This document shows positions 54,601 through 64,000 of a DNA stretch of 64,000 nucleotides, in pieces (the first letter of the stretch is position 1; every line of letters starts with the position of its first letter). Source of the stretch: the human T2T-CHM13v2.0 reference genome, Homo sapiens. The notes under the pieces are model-generated. The model did no database searches and had not been told where the DNA came from. It was given only the letters and a program-made list of their open reading frames with translations. Position numbers and translations under genes: made by a program. The stretch lies in NCBI RefSeq assembly GCF_009914755.1, contig NC_060941.1; one strand, written 5' to 3'.

Positions 54601-55759
54601 AGTTTGTACTCTTTCAATCATTAATATTTCTACAAGAAACATATGGATATTCTAGGTGGAATTAACAAAGACTAGAAATGTCGTCACGTCAGATAAATTT
54701 TGCCATCGAGTGAGCCACGTCAAACTAACTTTGGATTTTCAGAGCTTTTTGGACTTTGGAATTATGCTTTAAAAATGTAGACCTGTGGTTCTTGTGAATA
54801 TTCGATTAAATTAAACAATGCATGTAACATGTCTATACCAGTTTCTAAAACATAGGAAGCACCAAATAAATGATTTTTACTGTAGTTAAGAGGGAGGTGC
54901 TAAGCCCTCACCACTCTTGCTTCCAGATCTTTTAGATTGGCGTAGGGTTTTGCTTTGTGGAGTAGTTTGATCTTTGGGTGTTTTCTTGTAAAGGCAATTG
55001 GGATATTTCAGGATAACAGAAGGTAAGCAGTTTTAGTCTTTGACGGTGTAGAAGAAAAAGAATGATTAGGTTTTGAAGCCAGTTGGATCAGGGTTCAAAT
55101 TTCATAGCATCAGTTCCTTTTTAAAATGAGGGAAATATCTATCTTGCTGGTTGCTTTGAGGATTAAATATAACTAGATAGAAGATAAACTGCTCTGCACA
55201 CAATATGTGCTCAATAAATGGTAGCAAATGTTTTGTTAAAGCATTCAGGAAGCCCAAGGTACAACCCTCTCTTGTTAACAGTCTGAAAGGCACAGAATCA
55301 GCCACTTTCATGACTGAAAATAAGAGACTTGGACAGGGTTCAGAGAAAGCATTTATTGTACATAAAGAAACAAAGCACTGTTACCATAATCTGCGGAAAA
55401 ATGGCATCAGGCCCTCTTCTGTGATGTAATGTTGTGGGACTTTACTGGAGTGAGGTTTGGAGGGGGTATGGTGAGACCTGTGAGGAGCAGCTCTCCCTCC
55501 TACATAGGCAGAGCTGGCCATTTTCCCAGGTGGTATGGTAGCGTGAGAGCCTGTGGCCTCTAGCCTTCAGGAAGTTTCCATTGTATTGTGATTTTTAAAA
55601 TGTAGGTTGTCCCTTTTATATAGAATAGCCTGAAGTTTCAAGTTTAATGTTATCATACTACAAAGTAAGACTTCTATCTGTTGATCAGTATACTCTGAGA
55701 ACAGATCCTATCAATTTCTGCTTGGATTCCCACTGGATTCAACTCAGATATAAACCCTT

Positions 55760-57150
55760 AGGGAGGGCCTACCATGTGCCAGGTGCTGAAAATACAAGGA
55801 CGATCTGATAAGGTTCCAGCCCAAGAAGGACTGGCAGAGAGGACAGATAACTGATAACTCTTAATTGGGAGTGTAGAGTGTGGGGTGATGTAATGGAGCT
55901 CTGAGTAAAGTGCTATGTAGGGTACTAAGAAAAGGAAAATTAATTTTTCTGGGGAGGCTACGGGAAATTCCTCCACAGAAGTGATACTTGATCCAATCTT
56001 TGGACTGAATCATCAGGCAAATGGATTTGAGATGGGATGAGAGGAAAGGGCTGAGGGGTGGGGAAGGGGGTAAAGGAGAGAACAATATTCCAAGTGAAAG
56101 AAGCCGCAGGGACAAAGATATGAGGCAGTAGGCACATTCATGCATTTGTTCAGATAGTCACTCAAAAATTTGTTGAGTGCTAGTCACTGTTCTTGGCACT
56201 GGGGACACAACAGGAAGCAAGACAGACAGGTCCCTCTGATGTTTACACAGAGTTTACACTTCAGAGCTGGATGGGACCAAAAAAAAAAAAAAAGCACAAA
56301 GAAATGAAAAAGATTATTTGAGAGAGTGATATGTATTATGAAGAAAATAAATTGGGGTTATGATAGAAAGGGGGCATGGCATGTATGAATGGGTAGTCCT
56401 CCTCTCTGGAGGAGGCTTTTTTTTTTTTTTTAAACAGAGTCTTGCTCTGTCTCCCAGGCTGGAGTGCAGTGGTGTGATCTTGGCTCACTGCAACCTCCGC
56501 CTCCTGTTGAAACGATTCTCTTGCCTCAGCCTCCCTAGAAGCTGGGATTTCAGATGCCCGCCACCATGCCCAGCTAATTTTTGTATTTTTAGTAGAGACG
56601 GTGTTTCACCATGTTGGCTGGTCTCGAACACCTGACCTCAGGTGATCTGCCTGCTCTGGCCTTCCAAAGTGCTGGGATTACAGGCATGAGCCACTGCACC
56701 TGGCATTTGACCTCAGAACCAAATGGTGAAGAGGCAGCCTTCTGGGGGCAAGGTATTCCAGGTGGAGGGGATGGCAAATACAAACACCCTACAACAGGAC
56801 GAGGAACAGAAAAAAGGCCAGCTTGACTGCAGCAGTTTGAGCAAAGGACAGATGGTGGAAGACCAGAGAGGTTGGCAGGCCTGGTTACTAGGGCCTGTGG
56901 GCCACCAGAAGGAGTTTGTTTAGAAGTACCATCTGGCTGCTGCACAGAGAATGGGCTGGAAGCAGGGAGATCAGTTGGGAAGCTGCTGCTTATTCTAGGC
57001 AAGAGATGTTGGTGGCTCCAACCAGGGTGCAGCAGCAAAGGCAGATGTGTTCACAGCAAATACATATTTGTGAAGTGAAACTGACAGGACCTGTTGATGA
57101 ACTGGGGGATGGCGGGTGAGGGGAAGGAAGATGTAATTAATTATTTCAAA
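55760..57150 (-). mobile_element. L2 fragments interrupted by an Alu (56417-56703)
   Basis: ctaccatgtgccaggtgctg; cactgttcttggcactggggacaca; ggggcaaggtattccaggtggaggg; ctgacaggacctgttgatga. Confidence 0.7.
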
Positions 57151-58326
57151 TTAATAATGTGAAGGTTGAGAGGTTAAGTAAGGTGAACACATAAAAGTGA
57201 CTCTGTTCACAGCAGCAGTAGCACCAATATGGCAACAGCGGGAAGATGGGATTAGTGAGAGGTTGCTGGAAAATAATTCCGTGAAGGCTCTGGGAATGAA
57301 TGAATTTGGCTTCACACAGAGGAGACAGAGGTACTGTTCCATTGACAAAGGCAGGCTGATAATCTGTGAGGCCAGGAATCTCTCAAACTTTTACCAGCAA
57401 GGGTTTTTGTTTGTTTGTTTGTTTAAGCCTTGGCTGACTCTGAACAGATCTGTTTATTTCTCTCTCTCTCTCCATCTCTTTTTGCTTTCCAGGATAAACA
57501 TCTGTCTCATTTCACCAACTCTCCATTGGCCTCAGCGTCTCTCCTCTCAGTAGATTCTTCAGAATACTATCATCCAAGTCAAGCAGGGAATTCTGCTCAT
57601 AGTAGGCACTGAGAAAATGTATTGAGGGACAATTCAAGTACCCCCTCTGGGTTCAGAGAAGTTGCATCTATTACTTTGTTTCACTTACTTCATTGTTTCA
57701 CCTCTCCCTTCTCCTTTACCAGCTCAAAATGCTTGGCTCTTTTTGACTGGGAGGAGGCATGATCAGGCTTAACACTTTTTTTGTTGTTGGCCGGCTGGCT
57801 GGTTTTATTGTCTCCTGACCCTAAGGTCTGGGGCCTCTTCCAGTCCCCTGCATACACACAGCAGGCCTGAAGGGGTCCTCAGAGCTCCCTCTGAAACCAC
57901 TGTATCAGGCTAGTCTTCTTTAGCTAACGTTATCTTTTATTTAAACAGAAACAGTAGCCACCAGTCTTGTTACATAACATACCAATATCCTAGGGTGTTA
58001 AACTAATTCAGCATCTACTGTTAGGAAGTGGTGATGTGGCAACACAAATATTCGCTCACACAATATTGCGGAAACGTTGTAACAAACATGACTTTCTGGC
58101 CCTACTTAGAATTTCAGAGCTGGAAGGGACTTGAGATCATCCTATTTCAACCCTCCTTGTTTTAAACTGTGGAAACCTAGGCCTGGAGAGACAAAGAAAC
58201 TTGCTCAAGAAGCAGATCAGGGCGAGACGGCAAGCTCTTACTAATCTAAAGAATCCATCACATCTTAGATTAAGGATTAAATGCTAAACAGTTCTTGTTT
58301 GTGATTCCTCTCATCTGAAAGCATTT

Positions 58327-58350
58327 CCCCCCCCCCCCCCCCCCCCCCCC
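58327..58350. repeat. C24 homopolymer (G24 on the minus strand)
   Basis: Directly visible. Confidence 0.95.
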
Positions 58351-59139
58351 GTTTTAGACTCTCCAAACTAGTCAGTTGTGAACCAGGACATAGCCTTTGT
58401 TTACACTGAAACTGCAAATCTGAGGCTGATATGTCAGCCCCACAATACTGAGGTATTTGGGGTGTTTTGTTGTTTTTACTAACCTTGGTGACTGGATTCA
58501 CATGCAATAGATATTAACTGAATACAATTTGGTTGACCAAGCATATTTTAAAAACAGCTGGGTGGAGATGCAGGTGAGCCAGCATTCTGGGTGTACGTGC
58601 AAACCAGTGTGTGGAAGGCGGAGAGTCAGCTGCACCTCCTGCAGCACCTCACATCCTGATGGCTGCACAGTAAAACACTAGTTTCCTTGGAGGAAGAGTT
58701 CCCAGAGGAACTGCGGAACCCCAGTGTCTTGAGCGAAAGGCAGGACCTGCTTTGTTCACCTTGTCCGTGCCAACATTCTTTATCAAACTGTCCTGTTTTC
58801 CTGCTGGGAAACTGCCCCACTCCACCCACCTGGTGCCTCCCTGGTTTCCTGACTGCCACGAGGTTATTTTTTAACCTGCTCTTCCTTGAAAAGCACCACC
58901 CCGGTGACCCAGAACGTGGACTCCTCCCCTCTGGTCACTCGGACCATCCCACTCTAATTACCGTCATCTGCCTCTGAAAGTCATGGAAAATTAGCAGCAA
59001 TGGGGCGGTCTTCAATTCCACTAAGCCCCTTTCGTACTTTTAATTCGCCGAAATTACTAGCAGGGCAGAGAGAAGAGGGGAAATGCCTGGCTTCTGAGCA
59101 AGGCATGGGTGGGCTGGGTGCAACTAGCACTATCATTTT

Positions 59140-59300
59140 CTTTTAATTTTATTATTATTATACTTTAAGTTTTAGGGTACATGTGCACAATGTGCAGGTT
59201 TGTTACATATGTATACATGTGCCATGTTGGTGTGCTGCACCCATTAACTCGTCATTTAGCATTAGGTGTATCTCCTAATGCTATCCCTCCCCCCTCCCCC
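59140..59300 (-). mobile_element. 161-bp 5'-truncated L1PA3/PA4-like insertion with a 10-bp TSD
   Basis: Reverse complement of the L1PA 3' end (ctaaatgacgagttaatgggtgcagcacaccaac...ccctaaaacttaaagtataat); TSD ctatcatttt at 59130-59139 and 59301-59310; TTTT/AA endonuclease site. Confidence 0.92.
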
Positions 59301-59754
59301 CTATCATTTTAAATTCAATTACCCGGGGCCTGAGGGCCACTTCTGGTAACTTAGGCTATGGCTTAGGGCGAGGTTTAAAACGTAAGAAAGGAATGACTAT
59401 CTTGAGCCTCCAGGGAGATGCACTGCAAATCCCCCCGCCCCAAAATACAACCCAGGTTCTGGGAATCCCAGCCCTGCCCTGGGGACAAACCCCAAACTCA
59501 AATAAACGGCCTCCTCCTAGGCGCTGAGAGCCCACCCAGCTTTGGCACTCTGGGTCCCTGCCCTCCGGCAAGTTGCCGGGACGGGCGGGACCCTAACCAG
59601 CCGCTCTCCCCTAGCCCAGGCTGGGCCGGGCCGAGGGGTGGGGGAGTGGGCGGTCGGGGAAGCGGGGGGCGGAGTTCCGTCCTCTGATGATTGGCTCTGC
59701 GCGGATGGGCTGCGGCTGCGCCCGGCCAACCCGCGGCGTGTTGCTATGTGCTGA

Positions 59755-59963
59755 GCCGAGGGGATAGGTGCGGGGGCGCGTCCATCACGGGGTAGCCCCC
59801 GGCCCGGACCCGGAGGGATGCGGAGTGGCGGCCGCGGCGGTGGCGGAGACTGTGGCTTTAAGAGCGTGCCGGGAGCCCGAGCCCCAGCCGGGCCGCGCTT
59901 CGCCGCTGCGCACCCCAGCGGAGCCAAGCCCCACGCTGGCCGGACAGGGCCGCCTGTCGCCGG
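59755..59963 (+). other. YPEL2: First (5'UTR) exon of YPEL2; intron 1 runs from 59964 to the window end
   Basis: Consensus donor CGG|GTAAGT at 59964. The TSS is approximate (downstream of the CCAAT/GC boxes). No Yippee-domain coding sequence is in the window. Confidence 0.7.
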
Positions 59964-60150
59964 GTAAGTGCACCGGAGTGCGGCGCGGGCCGGGCGCGCG
60001 TGGGCGTGGGGCGCGCTGTCAGCTCGGGCTCTGGGTCCCCGGCCCCGGCCTCCGGACTCCCCCGGCCGGGCCTGCGCGGGGTTGGGGGTGCGGCGCCCTC
60101 GGTTCCGCGTGGGGTCCCCGTGGGCGCCGGGGACGGGGAGCGGCCGCCGG

Positions 60151-60177
60151 GCCACGTGACCGGTTTGTTTACAAACA
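60151..60177. promoter_or_regulatory. E-box/CLEAR-like site adjacent to forkhead motifs
   Basis: GCCACGTGAC at 60151-60160; TGTTTAC at 60166-60172; ACAAACA at 60171-60177. Confidence 0.55.
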
Positions 60178-62707
60178 CTGCCGGGCCCGCGGCCGCTCGC
60201 GGAGGGAGCCCAAGGGCGCGGGACCCCCGGCCGGGGCGGGAGACGCGCGCCAGGGGCTGGGCGAGTCTGCGGGGCCAGGTTTGGGGCGGGGGTGCGGAGC
60301 TGGAATCGCCGCTTCCTCCTCCGCGTCGTCCCCATGGGTTCGGACTCCATGGGGTCCGGGTGGGGCTGGGGACGCCCTCCGTCCTCTCGTGACGCCGCGT
60401 TTCCCTCGGAGAGTCCTGGGGACACTTAGGTCCAGGGGCGCCGCCCTGGGGGCCTTCCACTGTGGGACTGGGCGCCCTCGAAATTTCTCGGAGCGCGTCG
60501 TCTGCCCCGACCCGGGTCGAGGTAACCGCAGCCGAGTTCCTCCCTGGCCGCGTCTCGGCGCCTCCCCGGTGTCCTTGCCAAGGGGGTGGGCGCGAGGTCC
60601 TGCCCGACGGAACGCGGGAGCCTCTGCCGCGAGCGCCTCCCCGGAGCTGGCGCTTAGGGGCGGCCCCGACCTTTCGCCACTTCCAGTTCACCCTGCTTGG
60701 CCGCCGACCTCCTCTGGTGTCTTTCCCGGAGTGGTGGGCTTTTCTCCGGTCTTGGGGGCGTGCGGGGGTGGGGGACACCTGTTCTTCTGGACTTCTTGTC
60801 CGGAAGATTGCTACCTCTGCCTTCAGTCTTAGCTGCGAGAGTTTAAAAAGCCAGGTGAGCGAGTGTCTTGTTTTCCTCCGCTTGGAGCGGAGCTGCACCC
60901 TCGCCCGCCCCCCAGTCCCGCCGCTGTGAAAGGCCCCAGAGAACTGCTCCGAAGCTTTGCTGGGGTTTTTGCTTTCTGGCCTCCTTGCTGATTTGCTGTC
61001 CTTGCAACTTGGGAGGCTCTTGAGTGAGTCCTTGCCTTTGGTGAATCTGAAGGCTAACGAGACAGCTGTCTTTTCCTCCCTGCCCTTCCTTCCTTGTTCT
61101 TCCTTGTTCCAAAGCATTGGGCAAGAAGGGTAGCGGTCAGCTTCCCTGTGCCTCACAGAGCATTAAAGATGCAAGAAGTTCAGTAAACCGCCTCACTGGC
61201 TCTGGGGTGGGACTTGATTTCACATGGTTATTGCTCCCCCGTGCTTTCCTGCCTCTGGGGGCCACAGGGCCTATGAATGGCTGAGTCTTGCCTCCGGTGA
61301 GGAACATTTTCATTCTTCTAAACTGTGTTTTGAGTGGCTGCAAGTTCTTTTCCCCAGAAACAGGCCCAGCCTGGGGAGAGCTGTGCAGACTTCCCCCTTG
61401 GCACCATCCCCTGTCCCCCGCTCCATGATAGGATCTCAGGCAGGAGTGCAGTGGGAGCCTCATCCGCTTCCTCAGTTGGGCTTTGCCGCCGCAGGTTAGC
61501 ATTCAATGACAGCATTTCTTGGATCTGTCTTGATATTTCTGTGCTTGAACCAAAATCAACAAGCTTAGAGTTAGGGGTGGAAAATGGAAAATAAACACCA
61601 TGCGCGAGAAAACTGTTTTCCTTCTTCCCTCTAGGAGCATGGTTTTCAGACTTTGAGTGGGACCTGCACTGCATACAGGTCTGTAACTGAAATAAGTTTC
61701 AGAGAACAATAATTACCCTTACTCCCTGCAGTGTGCTCTGTTTTAAAGGTTTTTTTTTCTACTTCATTTAAAAAAATCAACTGCTGGTTATGACCCATTA
61801 ATTTGATTTCCTGACCAAGCAGGTCCTGACCCATAGTTTGAGAAGCATCGCTTTAAGGCAGAGGTCCTCAAACTTAAATGTGTATAAAGATGACCTGGGT
61901 AGTGTTTAAAAATAGTTTGTCAGGCTACTCCGCAGATGTTTATTTTCAGTGGGCCACAGGAATCTGCATTTTTACCAGGGGACCTATGAGATTGTGATGC
62001 AGGTGCTTGATAAGAGCCCCTGATCTAGTGGGAACTGGAGGCAGTGAACAATGAAAGGTATTAACTTGGCTCTGAAGTGCAGTCAGGTATGTGACCCCAT
62101 ACTCTGCAATCCCAAAATCACTCAGCTGCCAATCACACTAGCTTAGGCTTTGAAAAGTCTAAGGGCACAGTATTGTTTGTTCTCAACTGCCATGAAGCAG
62201 TTGGCTTTAAGAGACTGGTATCCCTCCCTCTCCACTCCAGCCTGTTTGAGGGCTGCTGCACAGTGTTGTGTACCAGGAGATGTTTCTAGGTGTGTGGGGG
62301 TTGGAGATGTGAGTAGTGCCGATGAGTTGCGTGAGTTGCTGTGCTGTTCATAGATTATGTGAATTCTTCATTGTCGTAATGATTTTCACGGTTTTGAGGC
62401 AGCCACACAGTCATTGTGCCTGGGAGATTCACAATTGGCCAGCTGAAGAAGAGGTTGATTTTGTTTAGTATCCGTGTATTCCAGACTGCATAGCCTCGGG
62501 GGAAGGCAGGCAGGTGACTCTTTTTATTTGGGGGGGGGTGAGGAGTCAGGAGTTTGTCTACCATCAGGTCTTAATAAGAGGCACAAGTTCCCATACCTCC
62601 TGGGCTACCCCAGTCCTGGTTACTTCCCGTTGTGATGGCCCAATCCCTGTGTGCAGGCGAATCTTGTTAGGCATCCAGTTTCTGATGCTGTTATCTGCCT
62701 TCAGGCA

Positions 62708-62710
<3 letters not shown>

Positions 62711-62748
<38 letters not shown>
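62711..62748. repeat. (AC)19 microsatellite in intron 1
   Basis: Directly visible. Confidence 0.92.
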
Positions 62749-62750
<2 letters not shown>

Positions 62751-63699
62751 CTGATGCAGCCACAGGTTAGATTTTTCCCTCTTAGTTATTGTGTCCAGAC
62801 ATATTGGTAGGATACATTTATTTGAATTAATGAAAGCTGCGATTTAGCTTCAAAAAGGACTCTATCCAAATTCAACTTCCACTGTAGCCCTTCTTGCTAA
62901 AGGTGTGCCTTATGGGAGCATCAAGCGTGGGATTTTAAAAATTAACTTTAATAATGTTCAGTTTGGCCAAGCAACTCACATTCAGAATGTTTAGTTTTGA
63001 GCATATGGAGAAAAGAAAGCAACAAAAGGATGGCAAGGGATAAGATGTCCCAGGATTGGAAAAGCCAGAAGGAAGAGATGTTGAAGTGAGATTCAGATGG
63101 AGGATGTGATCAATTCCCATTGTAAATTACCTTGGCATTTCCTTAGGGTTTGTCAGGCAAACCACTAGGTGCTCTGACAACTGCATTCCCCTGAGCATAA
63201 AAAGGTATAAAGTTTTGGAAAAGGAAGAAGCATCATTTTCAACTTGAGCCTGTAATGATGGAAAGCCAGCCAGGGCCTGCAGGCTAAAGATATTTTTTAG
63301 AGTTGTTAGTTTTCAGTGACATTGTCCTTAACAAAAGGTGATACACTTGAGTCTGTGAAGTATTGTACTGCCTGAGTTTGTTTACCTGGGAGCTGTGGAT
63401 ATAGCACTGGAGAGCTTAAAAGTAAATCAGAATTTGCTATTCTCTTGTCGCCAATTTGCCAATGGCTTCCCATTGCCCTTCAGATATAATCTAATTCCTT
63501 TCCTTGTAGGCACCACACGGCTTGTCCTACTCCCCCATCTTCTGCCTCATCTCTTACCAATCCCCAACCTGTCCACTCTGCTTCTTCCTGCTTGAGAAAA
63601 GCTCGCCTTTCTGAGGTTTCTGAAACATGCCATACTTAGGTTTGTCATAGGGCTTTTCTACTGGTAGTAACTCTTTCCAGGATTCTTTCTCCAGATTTT

Positions 63700-63989
63700 T
63701 CTTTTCTGTTTGAGACAGGGTCTTGCTCTTGCCCAGGCTGGAGTGCAGTGGTGTGATCTGCTCACTGCAACCTCTGCCTCCCTGATTCAAGTGATTCTCC
63801 TGCCTCAGCCTCCCAAGTAGCTGGGATTACAGGCGCACCCCACCACGCCCGGCTAATTTTTGCATTTTTAGTGGAGACGGGGTTTCACCATATTGTCCAG
63901 GCTGGTCTTGAACTCCTGACCTCAGGTGATCTGCCTGCCTCAGCCTCTGACAAGTCTTGGGATTACAGGCATAAGCCACCGTGCCTGGC
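63700..63989 (-). mobile_element. AluS, antisense
   Basis: Reverse-complement Alu dimer; flanking ctttctcca repeat resembles a TSD. Confidence 0.85.
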
Positions 63990-64000
63990 TCTTTCTCCAA

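Larger units (their letters stand above)
59500..60930. promoter_or_regulatory. YPEL2: CpG-island promoter (YPEL2)
   Basis: Abrupt GC/CpG enrichment; GC boxes at 59648-59653 and 59665-59674; reverse CCAAT (ATTGG) at 59690-59694; no TATA box. Gene identity comes from the remembered GDPD1-YPEL2 order and ~56-kb spacing, not from coding sequence. Confidence 0.8.

Noticed and set aside
59517-61156. Long overlapping ORFs of 302, 354 and 432 aa on both strands
   Set aside because: Low-complexity G/P/R/A-rich frames expected from stop-codon scarcity in a CpG island; they cross the exon 1 donor and have no recognisable domain.

Overview
Human genomic DNA, very rich in Alu, L1, L2 and MIR repeats. The translated exons and gene order match 17q22. 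The window holds the last two coding exons and ~2.2-kb 3'UTR of GDPD1 (+; glycerophosphodiester phosphodiesterase GDE4), ~55 kb of intergenic sequence, and a CpG-island promoter with a first exon and the start of intron 1, assigned to YPEL2 (+) by gene order only. The intergenic part is roughly half Alu by eye. It also contains a processed SNRPG pseudogene, a 33-nt U2 retrocopy, a 3'-truncated HERV-K LTR5, MLT2A and MER67-like solo LTRs, MER20/MER58/MER5 fossils and L1 fragments. Almost all ORFs in the supplied track are Alu or CpG-island artefacts, and I found no new protein-coding system. The most notable oddities: (1) a perfect 34-bp inverted repeat with duplication footprints in the GDPD1 3'UTR, next to a tail-to-tail inverted Alu pair; (2) an inverted rearrangement of the SNRPG pseudogene tail that shares a rare Alu deletion with its neighbour; (3) a 33-nt insertion in an L1, apparently copied from a FLAM 1.4 kb upstream; (4) an orphan unique insert in another L1; (5) a CLEAR/E-box plus forkhead composite site, an open uATG frame and an L1PA insertion at the YPEL2 promoter. 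Repeat subfamily calls come from remembered consensus sequences and need RepeatMasker/Dfam confirmation.
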